A stretch of DNA of 64,000 nucleotides from an uncultured Clostridia bacterium (GCA_947646415.1 CANSGN010000010.1:1399-65398), one strand, 5' to 3'. Shown: positions 15,050 to 26,017, numbered from the stretch's first letter. A program made the numbers and translations. The notes: generated by a model not told the origin, from the letters alone.

Positions 15050-16689
15050 AAAAATTGCTCCTTTTCCTTTAATTTGTTATAATCTACTTTGCCGATTGCG
15101 GTAAGCGGTAATTCGCTAACACATTCTATTTCTTTCGGTAAAGAATATTTCATTAAATTGGTTTTTATTGTATTTTTTATCTTTTGTTCCACCATTTGTG
15201 AAAACTCGTATCCCTCTTTCATCATAACATAAAGTTTGATATAAGGTTTTCCGTTTTTCTCAAAATCTACCGCGCAACACTTGTCTATTTCTTGCACATT
15301 TTCGCCGACTATATATTCAATCTCGTTAGGGAAAACATTCATTCCGCTAATCTTAACCATTCGTTTTATCCTGTCCACGAAAAACAAATGTCCGCTTTCC
15401 TCAAGATAACCGTAATCGCCTGTTGCTAGCCAAACAACGCCGTCGCTATCCTCAAACATAACTTTGTTGGTGGTTTGCTCATCCGCAAAATATCCGCTCA
15501 TAATATTGTCGCCGGATAGGCAGATTTCCCCACGCACTCCGTAATCGAGTTTGTTATGCTCGCTATCCACAATGCAAACCTTAATATCTCCAAGCGGTTT
15601 GCCGACCGAGCTAACCTTGCTATAAGCCTCTACATTTACATTGCATACACCCGCTTCGGTCAAGCCGTAGCCCTCACATAACCTGCAATCGGACTTATAT
15701 TTTTTCATAAGATTGTCAAAATCTTGCTTAATCTCTTGTTTAAGCTTGTCCCCACCGCAGTAGCAATATTTCATCTTTCTAAGATACCTGCCACCAAAAG
15801 CTTTAACTTTTATAAGCTTAGCGTACATTGAGGGAACACCCGTCATATAAGTTGCCCTCTCTCGCCTTACTACTTTTGCAAGCGACTTTGGTTTAAAGCT
15901 TGGTACCAAAATACATCTTGCACCTGCTGTAAGCGTTGAGTGCATGCACACTCCAAGACCAAAAATGTGGAACATAGGTAATACCATAAGCATACTTTCG
16001 CCTTTTTGCACTTCATCCCCAATCAACGTGCGTATGCTGTAGCTACATTCATTAATTGCACGGTTTGCAAGCATTGCGGTTTTTGGCATGCCCGTTGTAC
16101 CGCCAGAGTGAATATATGCCGCTATCTCATCCCCGATACCTGCATAGTGTTCGCGTACGGGCGCGGGTTGTAATTGATATTTTATAAAATCATTAAAATA
16201 TAAAACATTATCCGTATTGTTCAAACAAGGTTTTTTGCGGCTTGTCCACAAATCATATCCCCATTTATAAACGTTTTTAAGGTAGTCGGATGGTCTGCAC
16301 AACACAGTGGTTATATTTTTTTGTTCCAATACCGCACGATTTTTATTGTAAAACATATCAAGCACAAACACCAATTTGCTGTTTAATACTTCTACCATAT
16401 CGCCAAGTACTTTAGGCGGCACTAACGGATGTATTAAATTTACCCCGACACCCAACTTGTTTGCGGCATAAAATATAATAATCGCATTGGGAATATTAGG
16501 CAAACACAATGCAATATTGTCGCCGCATTTTACCCCAAACGAATTTAAGGCATTTGCAACAATATCCACCTGTTCAAAAAATGTATTTGTAGATATACGA
16601 TTATTGTAGTAGGAGATTAAAGGTCTGTTATCCCCTTTATCCCTGGCTTTCAAATATTCGTACATACTAAAATCATTCGATTGTTTCAT
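15046..16689 (-). CDS. AMP-dependent acyl-CoA synthetase/ligase (long-chain fatty acid-CoA ligase-like)
   Basis: 547 aa. The AMP-binding motif YIHSGGTTGMPK and the motif TGDYGY are present. A 4-nt overlap links it to tex. Confidence 0.85.
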   Translation of the reverse strand: MKQSNDFSMYEYLKARDKGDNRPLISYYNNRISTNTFFEQVDIVANALNSFGVKCGDNIALCLPNIPNAIIIFYAANKLGVGVNLIHPLVPPKVLGDMVEVLNSKLVFVLDMFYNKNRAVLEQKNITTVLCRPSDYLKNVYKWGYDLWTSRKKPCLNNTDNVLYFNDFIKYQLQPAPVREHYAGIGDEIAAYIHSGGTTGMPKTAMLANRAINECSYSIRTLIGDEVQKGESMLMVLPMFHIFGLGVCMHSTLTAGARCILVPSFKPKSLAKVVRRERATYMTGVPSMYAKLIKVKAFGGRYLRKMKYCYCGGDKLKQEIKQDFDNLMKKYKSDCRLCEGYGLTEAGVCNVNVEAYSKVSSVGKPLGDIKVCIVDSEHNKLDYGVRGEICLSGDNIMSGYFADEQTTNKVMFEDSDGVVWLATGDYGYLEESGHLFFVDRIKRMVKISGMNVFPNEIEYIVGENVQEIDKCCAVDFEKNGKPYIKLYVMMKEGYEFSQMVEQKIKNTIKTNLMKYSLPKEIECVSELPLTAIGKVDYNKLKEKEQFL

Positions 16690-16850
16690 ACTATTCTCTT
16701 TTTATATAAATATATATAGCATTATAGCACTTATTTTATTTATTGTAAATAGTTTTTGTCAATTTGGGTCAAAATTGTACTTTATTTTAATATAAATAAT
16801 TGGATTTAACAACATACTATATTTACATCTATTTAGATTTTTACAGGTCA

Positions 16851-16902
16851 AAAATATAAAAAATCGCAAATAGCCCCGATTTTCAAAGGATATTTGCGAT
16901 TT
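16851..16902 (-). terminator. Terminator of amino-acid ABC operon 1
   Basis: The 12-bp arms AAATCGCAAATA / TATTTGCGATTT are followed on the minus strand by a T-rich run. Confidence 0.65.
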
Positions 16903-16962
16903 CTTTAACATTATAAACTGTAATTTTGATATACAATTATTTGCAATTTAATAAATATTAGA

Positions 16963-18198
16963 TTACAAAACCTTAGATAAAAAGGTTTTCAATCTTTCAT
17001 TTTGCGGATTGTCAAACAACTCTGCAGGAGTGTTGTCTTCCATAATCTTTCCGCCGTCCATAAACAAAACTCTTGTAGCAACCTCTTTAGCAAAGCCCAT
17101 TTCGTGAGTTACTATAACCATTGTCATACCCTCGTCGGCAAGTTGTTTTATAAGCTCCAATACTTCCCCAACCATTTCAGGGTCAAGAGCGGAGGTTGGC
17201 TCGTCAAACAACATTACTTCCGGTTTCATAGCAAGCGCTCTTATTATAGCAATTCTTTGCTTTTGACCGCCCGACAAAGTGTTAGGATAAGCTTTTGCTT
17301 TTTCCTCAAGACCGATACGCTCTAATAATTGTTTTGCATAGTCCTCTATCTCTTGCTTTCTTGCCTTTTTATAGCTTGCTTGAGTTTCTTTTGTGATTTC
17401 CTTATTTTTAAGTTTTTCCTTTATTTCTTTTGACAAATACTCAAGCGGTGCAAAAGTAATGTTTTCCATAACCGTCATGTGAGGGAAAAGGTTAAAGTGT
17501 TGGAACACCATTCCCATATTTTTTCTGACAGCATTTTCATTTACTTTGATGGATTTATTTGCTTTGCTTTTAGCAGTTTTAATCAAGCTTGATACTTTGC
17601 TTTGCAGCTTTTTGATATTATCTCTGTACTCGCTGTCACGACTTAGGTTATCATTAACTTTCGTAACAACCTCGGACAAATTCATATTTTCAAAGCTTAA
17701 ATTCAAATTTGTATCCGCAAAAAAGGTTTGTTTAACCTCGTCCGACAAAAACTGCAATTCTATATTTTTAATGTTTTCCCTTACTTCGATATCAAACTCA
17801 AGCTCTCTTACCAATTCGTCACGAAGTACGGTACAGTCTTTTATTTTCTTTTCACACTCTTGCAACTTCTTTATTATTTTTTCGTCCGCACTGCCCTTTA
17901 AACTTTCTGCCTTTAAAATCAACTTACTTGTTTTTTTATCGTATTGCTTAATTTTGTAATTGATAAACTTTTTGGACATTGCAGATATTTTTGGATAATA
18001 AGTAATCTCTTTATCCTTAAAATAAAGGTGTCCCATAGTTGGTCTTTCAAGTAAATTTAAACACCTTAAAAAAGTTGATTTACCACTACCAGAAGGTCCA
18101 ATAACAGCAACCTTTTCGCCTTGCTTAATGTCTATATCAATACCATCTAATACAACAAGGCTACCAAAATGTTTGTGTAAATTTTTAACGCTTATCAC
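16963..18198 (-). CDS. Polar amino-acid ABC transporter ATP-binding protein with a ~140-aa insertion
   Basis: 411 aa, against ~240 aa for typical GlnQ/ArtP-type proteins. Motifs: Walker [11 protein letters not shown]-loop [11 protein letters not shown], signature LSGGQKQR, Walker [12 protein letters not shown]. Confidence 0.85.
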   Translation of the reverse strand: MISVKNLHKHFGSLVVLDGIDIDIKQGEKVAVIGPSGSGKSTFLRCLNLLERPTMGHLYFKDKEITYYPKISAMSKKFINYKIKQYDKKTSKLILKAESLKGSADEKIIKKLQECEKKIKDCTVLRDELVRELEFDIEVRENIKNIELQFLSDEVKQTFFADTNLNLSFENMNLSEVVTKVNDNLSRDSEYRDNIKKLQSKVSSLIKTAKSKANKSIKVNENAVRKNMGMVFQHFNLFPHMTVMENITFAPLEYLSKEIKEKLKNKEITKETQASYKKARKQEIEDYAKQLLERIGLEEKAKAYPNTLSGGQKQRIAIIRALAMKPEVMLFDEPTSALDPEMVGEVLELIKQLADEGMTMVIVTHEMGFAKEVATRVLFMDGGKIMEDNTPAELFDNPQNERLKTFLSKVL

Positions 18199-18889
18199 TT
18201 CTTGATAACCTCCTTTCTAGTAATTTTAACAATTTGCTTATTACATATACAATAATAAAATAGATTACGCCTAACACAAAATATGCAACAAAATAATCAT
18301 AAGTACTTGAAGCAATAGTTTGTAAAGCAAATGTTATATCCATTACAGTTACATAACCTGCAACCGAAGTTTCCTTTGTCAAAGATATTAATTCGTTACC
18401 TAATGTTGGTACAATATTTTTAATGGCTTGTGGCATAATTATTTTTAACATTGATTTGCTATATGACATTCCTAAAGAACGCCCTGCTTCTAATTGTCCT
18501 TTGTCAACAGAAGCAATGCCAGCACGAATAATTTCAGAAACATACGCGCCACTATTTAAGCCAAAAACTAATATTGCTACGAACAATTTGTTAAAGCCTA
18601 AAGGCGACAACATTGCAAAGTATATAAACAATAGTTGAACTGCAATCGGTGTACCTCTAAATAATGAAACATAAAAATTGTTTATCCATTTCCATATCCT
18701 AATAAAAATATTTTTGTTGGGAACATAGTATGCTATACCAACTATTGACCCTAATAAAATTCCTATTGGGAACGCACAAAGCACAATTAGAAGGGTGTTT
18801 AACAACCCTCCTAAAAGTAAAGATATTGAATCTACAAATATATATTTCCAAATATTTGTACTAACTGCAGATATTATATTTAATATCAT
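18185..18889 (-). CDS. Polar amino-acid ABC transporter permease (HisMQ family)
   Basis: 234 aa, multi-TM. The EAA-like loop [12 protein letters not shown]...IIMPQA is present. It overlaps the ATPase gene by 14 nt. Confidence 0.85.
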   Translation of the reverse strand: MILNIISAVSTNIWKYIFVDSISLLLGGLLNTLLIVLCAFPIGILLGSIVGIAYYVPNKNIFIRIWKWINNFYVSLFRGTPIAVQLLFIYFAMLSPLGFNKLFVAILVFGLNSGAYVSEIIRAGIASVDKGQLEAGRSLGMSYSKSMLKIIMPQAIKNIVPTLGNELISLTKETSVAGYVTVMDITFALQTIASSTYDYFVAYFVLGVIYFIIVYVISKLLKLLERRLSRSDKR

Positions 18890-18901
18890 AAAATTATTTC
18901 C

Positions 18902-19693
18902 TTACCCAAAGTATTTTGCAGTTATTTCAGCAAATTTACCACTTTCTTCCAAAGCTTTCATTGCATCATTAATTTTCTTTAACATATCACTATTACCTTT
19001 TTTAACGGCAATAGCATATTTTTCATCGCCCATTGCAACAGTGCTTGCTTTTACACCTTGGTTAGCAAATTTCTTAGCAAACTCTTGTGCAGGTGCATTA
19101 TCAATTACTACAACATCAATTTGACCATTAACTAAATCTTGTACAGCAAGACCACCAGTTTTAAACTTAGTAGTTGTTGCACCAGTTCCAAATAAAGCTC
19201 CACCTTCAGCTAAAGCCTCATCTATCATTAAATCACCACTAAAGCCTTTAGCAACGCCAATCTTTTTACCTTTTAAGAAGTTCCAAAGCTCTTCTTCAGT
19301 AGTATAATTTAAAGTCTCACCTTTATAAATGATTGTTTGTGAAGCATTAAAATATGTGTTAGAAAAATCAACTTTTTCTTTTCTTTCATCATCAACGGTT
19401 AATCCTGCAATAGCCACATCATATTGACCGCTTTGAACAGAAGGGATTACTGAATCAAAATCCATGTGCTCAATTTTTGCTCCATCATAACCCATTTGTT
19501 TTGCGATAGCATCAATGTACTCCATATCAAAGCCTACGATTTTATCTCCTTCGTAATATTCAAATGGAGGGAACTCTGCATTTGTTGCAACAGTTAAATA
19601 ATTACCTTTATCGCAACCTACTAGAGCGAAAGTAGCAATAGCAGCAGTAACTAGTACCATAAGTGCAATAAATAATGTTTTAAATTTTTTCAT
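18902..19693 (-). CDS. Amino-acid ABC transporter substrate-binding lipoprotein (SBP_bac_3 type, canonical topology)
   Basis: 263 aa. Lipobox LVGC. The segment LTVATNAEFPPFEYYEGDKIVGFDMEYIDAIAK is present. Confidence 0.85.
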   Translation of the reverse strand: MKKFKTLFIALMVLVTAAIATFALVGCDKGNYLTVATNAEFPPFEYYEGDKIVGFDMEYIDAIAKQMGYDGAKIEHMDFDSVIPSVQSGQYDVAIAGLTVDDERKEKVDFSNTYFNASQTIIYKGETLNYTTEEELWNFLKGKKIGVAKGFSGDLMIDEALAEGGALFGTGATTTKFKTGGLAVQDLVNGQIDVVVIDNAPAQEFAKKFANQGVKASTVAMGDEKYAIAVKKGNSDMLKKINDAMKALEESGKFAEITAKYFG

Positions 19694-19852
19694 TTTTATG
19701 TCCTCTCAAAAAATTATTTCTTGTTTTGTGTATACATTCTATCATACATATATGCACAAATCAACTAATTTTTGAATATTTTTTGTATAAATATGAAAAA
19801 ATTTGCATTTTTTGCTAATTTTTATGTATAAAATACAGTTTTTGAATAGTTT

Positions 19853-21691
19853 TTATACATTTTTACATTTCAACACCGCAAATTCGCCCACCTTTAGGGA
19901 AATCTCGCCGTCCATAGCTTTATTTGTTACACAGTTTACGCAATTTTTGGCTAAAATCTGCTTTTCTTCCTCGTTGTTATTGTATATAAATTGTATATTT
20001 TGTGTATTATCGGCACTTTTTCGCATAATATACAGCAACCCGTTATCCGCAAATATCTCCATAGTGCCGCTAAAAGCTTTTTTGTATTTCGCTCGTAACT
20101 TGCCAAGGCTTTTATAATGTTCCAATAATTGGTTGTCCATATTATTCCAAGGGAAAGGTCTGCGATTGATTGGGTCTTCGTAGCCCTCAAGCCCTACTTC
20201 GTCGCCGTAAAAAATTGTAGGCAGTCCCGGCAACGCATACAAAATGGCAGTTGCTAGTTTCAGTTTTTCTTTTGCTCTGCTTTTTACATCTTCGGGCAGT
20301 TTTATTTGCAACCTATCTTGCTTGCTTGTGCCATCTATTTTGTAGTCGCAAAAAGTATTCAGCGCCCTTACGGTATCGTGAGTACCCAAAAAGTTCATAC
20401 AGGAGTTTAATGCACATAGCGGATAATTTTCATAAATAGTCATTATATTATTTATAAATTTATTTATATCCTTATTCCATACATAATCTATAATAGCATT
20501 TTTAAAAGGATAATTCATAACACCGTCAAGTTGATTGCCTTGCAAATAAGGGCGTCTTTTGCTGTATGCAATTTTTGTAGAGGCATCTTCCCATACCTCG
20601 CCGATTACATAAGCATTTTTATCCACGCTTTTTACTCTTTTTCTTATATCGTTAACAAATTCGATATCAAGCTCGTCGACAACATCCAAACGCCAACCTG
20701 CCAAGCCGAATTTTGTCCATTTATCAAGCACACCATTTTCACCCAAAATAAATTTTCGATAGCTTTCGTTGTTTTTGTTTACAGTAGGTGTAACGGTTAT
20801 CCCCCACCAACAGCCGTATTCGTCAGGATAGTTGATAAAGTAATACCAATCGTAATAAGGAGATTTTATGCCTTGATAAGCACCAAAACTATCGTATTTG
20901 CCAAGCTTGTTAAAATATTTACTGTCACTGCCCGTGTGGTTAAACACTCCGTCAAGCATTATTCCTATATCTTTTTCCTTAGCTTTTGCAATTAGTCTTG
21001 CAAGTGAACTTTCGTCCCCCAAAAGTTCGTCAATGCACATATAGTCGCCCGTATCGTACCTGTGGTTGGAGCTTGACTTGAAAATAGGAGACAAATAAAT
21101 CATTGTTACACCCAAATCCTTTATGTAGTCAAGTTTATCGATAATTCCTTGCAAGTTGCCGCCATAAAAATCGTTGGCACGAAAAACTCCGTCACTGTCA
21201 ACTATTGTAACATCTTGCGACCAATCTTTCAAAACACCGTCTTTATCCCACAAACAAGCACAATCTTCCCCTTTATTAAACCTATCTGCAAATATTTGAT
21301 AAATAACTCCACCGCTTTGAGTTTGAGGCGCAAAACATTCCTCACTATAAACAGTAAGACTGTAAGGCTCGGCATTTTGCAACAGCTCGGCATTTTCCCC
21401 TTTACCAAAAACAAAACTGCCAAGCTCTGTGTTTGTCACAAACTTGTACCAATACAAACCGCTGTCATTTATACTTAAAGACAAAGCAAAAACAGAGTGT
21501 CCGTCCTCCGCACCTTGGTAGTTCATTTGATAGTAGCAATCGTCCTCGCCGTCCTTTGTCAAAACAAGATAAATGCTCTCTACAAAAATACCGTCGCGAG
21601 CGGTAATTTTAAAATCGATTTGTTTGCCGCATGCTACCGCACCAAAAGGTTTTTTGTATTTCAAATCTCTGCTGTTGTAATAAAAAATCAT
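19853..21691 (-). CDS. GH13 alpha-amylase-family glycosidase (neopullulanase/cyclomaltodextrinase-like)
   Basis: 612 aa. Conserved regions DGVFNH, GWRLDVVDE, GEVWED and FLGTHD are present. Confidence 0.85.
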   Translation of the reverse strand: MIFYYNSRDLKYKKPFGAVACGKQIDFKITARDGIFVESIYLVLTKDGEDDCYYQMNYQGAEDGHSVFALSLSINDSGLYWYKFVTNTELGSFVFGKGENAELLQNAEPYSLTVYSEECFAPQTQSGGVIYQIFADRFNKGEDCACLWDKDGVLKDWSQDVTIVDSDGVFRANDFYGGNLQGIIDKLDYIKDLGVTMIYLSPIFKSSSNHRYDTGDYMCIDELLGDESSLARLIAKAKEKDIGIMLDGVFNHTGSDSKYFNKLGKYDSFGAYQGIKSPYYDWYYFINYPDEYGCWWGITVTPTVNKNNESYRKFILGENGVLDKWTKFGLAGWRLDVVDELDIEFVNDIRKRVKSVDKNAYVIGEVWEDASTKIAYSKRRPYLQGNQLDGVMNYPFKNAIIDYVWNKDINKFINNIMTIYENYPLCALNSCMNFLGTHDTVRALNTFCDYKIDGTSKQDRLQIKLPEDVKSRAKEKLKLATAILYALPGLPTIFYGDEVGLEGYEDPINRRPFPWNNMDNQLLEHYKSLGKLRAKYKKAFSGTMEIFADNGLLYIMRKSADNTQNIQFIYNNNEEEKQILAKNCVNCVTNKAMDGEISLKVGEFAVLKCKNV

Positions 21692-21834
21692 AGTTCACCT
21701 TATAGTAATTTATTTGCTTATATTTTAGTTAAAAATCATATTTTTGTTATTCCTATAACAAATGCTATAATCTTAAAAATTGTCAAAAACCGATAATAGT
21801 ACCGATTTTTGACGCTATTTTTTTAAATGTTAAG

Positions 21835-22527
21835 TTAATTGTTTGCGTTTTCCTTTTCCGTCCACAAGTATCCTGCATTTTTTATAGTTTGCAAATGATT
21901 GGAAAGCCCGCCTTTTTCGAGCAACTTGCGTAGTTTGCTTATATAAACCTCTACCACCGAAAAAGTAGTTTCACTTTCAAATCCCCACACCCTGTTAAAC
22001 AATGTGTTTTTGGAAATTATAATTTCCTTGTGTCTTACCATATACTCAAACACTTCGTACATTTTGGCAACTATATTCATTTGTTCGCCGTCTATTTTAA
22101 CGGAACGCTCAAAAAAGTTTATTTGCAAGTTTTTAAACTCATAAATATTTGTTCCGAAATTGCAGTAATACCTACGTAACACGCTGTTTATTACGGCAAG
22201 AAATTCGTTGCTGTCAAAATCATAAGGCATATAACTATCTGCACCGCTGTTTAATAAATCTATTTTTACCTCTAAATCCTTATCGTTGGACAGCACCACA
22301 ATAGGCACCGAATTATCTACCCTAACTTTAGTTATCAAATTTTTTACGGCTGTTTTAATACCATTGCAACCAATAACAATCATATCGTACTTACCGCCGA
22401 TTGCCATATCAAGCCCTCTATCCAAATCGTAGGCACTATCGCAAGTACTGCCACCTTTGTAATCGGACAAAAGCCCCGAAATATTGTGGTTTACCCCTTC
22501 GTTTTGTTCCACAATCAAAAATTTCAT
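21835..22527 (-). CDS. OmpR/PhoB-type winged-helix regulator with a degenerate (pseudo-)receiver domain
   Basis: 230 aa. The C-terminal trans_reg_C-like segment reads RVWGFE...VEVYISKLRKLL. In the receiver domain, key Asp and Lys positions are substituted. Confidence 0.75.
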   Translation of the reverse strand: MKFLIVEQNEGVNHNISGLLSDYKGGSTCDSAYDLDRGLDMAIGGKYDMIVIGCNGIKTAVKNLITKVRVDNSVPIVVLSNDKDLEVKIDLLNSGADSYMPYDFDSNEFLAVINSVLRRYYCNFGTNIYEFKNLQINFFERSVKIDGEQMNIVAKMYEVFEYMVRHKEIIISKNTLFNRVWGFESETTFSVVEVYISKLRKLLEKGGLSNHLQTIKNAGYLWTEKENANN

Positions 22528-22592
22528 AATTTTAGCCCCTCTAAATAGTTTAAATCATATTCCCTTATTCATAAAACTTTTTACACTTTCAA

Positions 22593-23315
22593 TCAATTAA
22601 AATTTCGCTGTCTTATCACTTCAAATGAAATTATCCCGCTTGCAACGGATGCGTTTAAGGAGTTTACATTTCCTTTCATAGGTATGCTTATCACTTGGTC
22701 GCAAAGCTTTCTTGTCAATGCTTTTACACCATTCCCCTCACTGCCTATAACCACTGCTATATCATCGGTCATATCCACTTGATACATAGGACTTCCGTCC
22801 GCTTCCGCACACACGATTTTTACAAAATCTTCTTTCAACTCCCTTATCGTATCATTTATATTGGTTACCATAGCTACTTTAACATAGTTGCTCGCACCGC
22901 TGGAAACTTTTACAACCGTATCGTTAACCGAACAAGCCCTGTGTTTTGGCAAAACTACTCCATGTGCGCCGCTGCAATCGGCTACCCTTAATATACTGCC
23001 TACATTGTGAGGGTCTTCCACTCCGTCAAGGATGATAACAAAAAGTTTTTCCCCTTTTTTTGCAGCAAGCTCCCTCATATCCGCTATTGTAGAATATTTA
23101 AAGTCTTCACAAGTTGCGATAAACCCTTGGTGCTTTTTGCTTTCGCTAAGCTTATCCATTTTTATTTTGTCGCAAAAAACAAACCTTATCCCTTTGTCTT
23201 TGGCAAGACCTATTACATTGTCGTTATCGTGAATACCTTTTTGAACTTTTAGCTCGGATATGGTAACACCGCTTTTTATTGCCTCTTTTACAGCATTTTT
23301 GCCTTCGATTATCAT
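22593..23315 (-). CDS. rlmB: TrmH/SpoU-family 23S rRNA 2'-O-methyltransferase (RlmB-like)
   Basis: 240 aa. Motifs DGVEDPHNVGSILR and VIGSEGNG, and SLNASVA, are present. Confidence 0.8.
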   Translation of the reverse strand: MIIEGKNAVKEAIKSGVTISELKVQKGIHDNDNVIGLAKDKGIRFVFCDKIKMDKLSESKKHQGFIATCEDFKYSTIADMRELAAKKGEKLFVIILDGVEDPHNVGSILRVADCSGAHGVVLPKHRACSVNDTVVKVSSGASNYVKVAMVTNINDTIRELKEDFVKIVCAEADGSPMYQVDMTDDIAVVIGSEGNGVKALTRKLCDQVISIPMKGNVNSLNASVASGIISFEVIRQRNFN

Positions 23316-23342
23316 ATAAATTCCCTATTAAATCAATTATTA

Positions 23343-23768
23343 TTAATTGCCTCGTTTTTTTTCTATAAACTCAAACAATTCTTCTAGCCTTTCGTTTTTG
23401 CCCAAAAGGTACAAATATCCGATAACCGCCTCAAAACCGCTCGCTTTTTTATAGTCTGCAACGCTTGCATTTTTTGCCATTGTATTCATGTGAGTATTGC
23501 GCGCCCTTTTAAATATGGCGATTTCCTCTTCCGTCAAAATGGACATTATTTCGTCCATATATTTTGCCTGTGCGGAGGCTTTAATTTGTTCACTTTGCAA
23601 TTTGTGCAGTTCCCCTGCTTTTGCTGTGGAAGTAGATGCAAGCTTTGTCCTTACCATAAGTTGCTGTACGCTATCCCCTACAAAAGCCAAAACCAACGGA
23701 TTAAGTCCTAAAATTTCCTTTTCGGAAAGATACTCTTTTGCTATAGGTAAATAAACTTTCATTGTCAA
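23343..23768 (-). CDS. mrnC: Mini-ribonuclease III
   Basis: 141 aa. Motifs LAFVGDSV and FEAVIGYLYL are present. The gltX-mrnC-rlmB context supports the call. Confidence 0.8.
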   Translation of the reverse strand: MTMKVYLPIAKEYLSEKEILGLNPLVLAFVGDSVQQLMVRTKLASTSTAKAGELHKLQSEQIKASAQAKYMDEIMSILTEEEIAIFKRARNTHMNTMAKNASVADYKKASGFEAVIGYLYLLGKNERLEELFEFIEKKRGN

Positions 23769-25207
23769 CCTTTCAAATACTCCAAGCTGTATTTAAGCCT
23801 GCGTACTGTCTCCTGCTTGCCAAGCAAATCTGCCATTTCGGTAGCACCGCCCGGAGTCATTTGTGCACCCGTCAATGCAAGCCTTATCGTCAAAAATACT
23901 TGACCTTTTTTGTATCCGCCTTGCTCGATAATTTCGGATATTATTGCTTGCAAATTTTCCTCGCTGTAATCATCCGTTTGCTCAAATTTAGGTATGCACT
24001 TTTCCAAAATTTCTACAGCAATCTGCTTGTCCATTTTGTTTTTCTTGTTTTCATATAGCTCCTTATCATAGCCCTCAAACTCTTCCAAAAAGTCGATTTT
24101 ACTTGGGATATCGCTCAAAATTTCCACCCTAGGGATAAGCAGCTTTGCAAGTTTTTTATAGTCGTATTTGCCTGCTGCTTTGCTCTTTTCAAAAAATGGT
24201 TTTGCAAGTGCAACAAATTCGTCCTCGCTAAGCTCTTTGATATATTGCGAGTTTAACCATTTCATTTTTGCCTCGTCCAAAATGCTGCCGCTTTTGCTTA
24301 TGCCTTTAATATCAAAAGCATCCATAAGCTCTGCCATACTCATTTTTTCCCTATTATCGCTAGGTGCCCAACCCAAAAGTGCAATATAGTTTACAATAGC
24401 GGGTACCAAATATCCTTTTTCAAGAAAATCTTCAAAATTTGCATCCCCGTGTCTTTTGGATAGTTTATGTGTAGCATCACGCATAATAGGCGGCAAGTGC
24501 ATATATTGCGGTCTTTCCCAACCGAACTTATCGTACATTAAATTGTATTTCGGAGTGCTTGACAAATACTCCATACCGCGAATAACGTGAGTTATATTCA
24601 TTAAATGGTCATCTACAACGTTTGCAAAGTTATAGGTCGGCATACCATCGCTTTTAATAAGTATTCCGTCCTCCATATCCGCATTTGGAACTGCAATTTC
24701 CCCAAATACCATATCGTTGTAGGAAGAAACACCATCCTGCGGTATATTTTGCCTAATAACGTAAGGAACTCCGCTTGCAAGCTTTTGTTGCACCTGTTCA
24801 GGGGTTAAATTCATACAATGTTTATCGTATTTTTTTATGCCGTTTTCGCCTGCCAAACTATCAAGCCTTTCCTTATCGCAAAAACAATAGTAAGCTCCGC
24901 CCAATTCCACAAGTTTTTTCGCATACTCAAGATAAATGGCTTTCCTCTCGCTTTGAATGTACGGACCTACTCCGCCATCCTTATCCGGTCCCTCGTCATG
25001 CTCTATACCTGCTTTTTTTAATGTGTTGTAAATTATTTCAACAGCACCCTCTACATACCTTTCTTGGTCTGTATCCTCTATCCTCAAAATAAATTTGCCG
25101 TTGTTTTTTTTCGCAAACAAATATCCGTATAAACATGTTCTCAAATTTCCGACATGCATAAAACCCGTAGGGCTTGGTGCAAATCTTGTTCTTACTTCCA
25201 TTATCAA
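23765..25207 (-). CDS. gltX: Glutamate-tRNA ligase
   Basis: 480 aa. It has a HIGH-type motif (PSPTGFMHVGNLRT) and a KMSKS-type motif (KLSKR). Confidence 0.95.
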   Translation of the reverse strand: MIMEVRTRFAPSPTGFMHVGNLRTCLYGYLFAKKNNGKFILRIEDTDQERYVEGAVEIIYNTLKKAGIEHDEGPDKDGGVGPYIQSERKAIYLEYAKKLVELGGAYYCFCDKERLDSLAGENGIKKYDKHCMNLTPEQVQQKLASGVPYVIRQNIPQDGVSSYNDMVFGEIAVPNADMEDGILIKSDGMPTYNFANVVDDHLMNITHVIRGMEYLSSTPKYNLMYDKFGWERPQYMHLPPIMRDATHKLSKRHGDANFEDFLEKGYLVPAIVNYIALLGWAPSDNREKMSMAELMDAFDIKGISKSGSILDEAKMKWLNSQYIKELSEDEFVALAKPFFEKSKAAGKYDYKKLAKLLIPRVEILSDIPSKIDFLEEFEGYDKELYENKKNKMDKQIAVEILEKCIPKFEQTDDYSEENLQAIISEIIEQGGYKKGQVFLTIRLALTGAQMTPGGATEMADLLGKQETVRRLKYSLEYLKG

Positions 25208-25288
25208 TCAACACTCCTTAAGTTACTATTGTTATTATAAATTGAAATTACTTTTAAAAACCATACAAAAATCGATATTAAAAGGCAA

Positions 25289-26017
25289 TTAATATCTTAC
25301 GTCTTTAATTCTTCCGCGAAGCAGTTCAAATCTTCCGTTACTCATCGAGTCCAACAAACCGCTTTGCCTAAACGAAAAATATCCGCTTTTTGCTATAATA
25401 ATATGGTCGTCAAACCGTATGCCTAACATTGTTAGCGTAAGGTATAGCTGCTCAGTCAAATTTTTATCTGCTACGCTTGGCGTAACATTGTCCGACGGAT
25501 GGTTATGCACCAATATGACTTTGCAAGATTCATTCCTTAAAGCAATATCCGCAATTTCTCTTACATTGCAAAAAGATTCGTTTACTACGCCTCTGTTTAA
25601 AACCACTCTTTTTATTAGTTTGCCTGCGCTGTCGCCCATAAGCATGTGTATTTCTTCCCTTGGCAGAGTAGCCATTATCGGTTTCATAAGTGCAAGTACA
25701 TTTTCAATATTGTTGATATAAACATCATCTAAACTTTTCCTGTAATATCTACGGCTTACATCGCTTAAACTATGTAAAAATATCGCCATATTATAGCTTA
25801 TCCCTTTAACCTTTTGCAATCTTTCAATAGGTTGGTCAAAGACGTTGCCCAAGCTTCCAAATTCATCTAGTATAGTATGGGCAAGCTCGTTGGTATCTTT
25901 ACGCGGCACAACAGCATATAACAAGTATTCCAAGACTTCGTGGTCCTGCAAGCTATCGATGCCGTACTGCTCGATTCTCTTTCTCATTCTGTCCCTATGT
26001 CCGTCATGAACTGCCAT
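25289..26017 (-). CDS. radC: RadC-family JAB/MPN domain protein
   Basis: 242 aa. An N-terminal HhH-like region is followed by the JAMM motif LVHNHPSDNVTPSVAD. Confidence 0.85.
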   Translation of the reverse strand: MAVHDGHRDRMRKRIEQYGIDSLQDHEVLEYLLYAVVPRKDTNELAHTILDEFGSLGNVFDQPIERLQKVKGISYNMAIFLHSLSDVSRRYYRKSLDDVYINNIENVLALMKPIMATLPREEIHMLMGDSAGKLIKRVVLNRGVVNESFCNVREIADIALRNESCKVILVHNHPSDNVTPSVADKNLTEQLYLTLTMLGIRFDDHIIIAKSGYFSFRQSGLLDSMSNGRFELLRGRIKDVRY

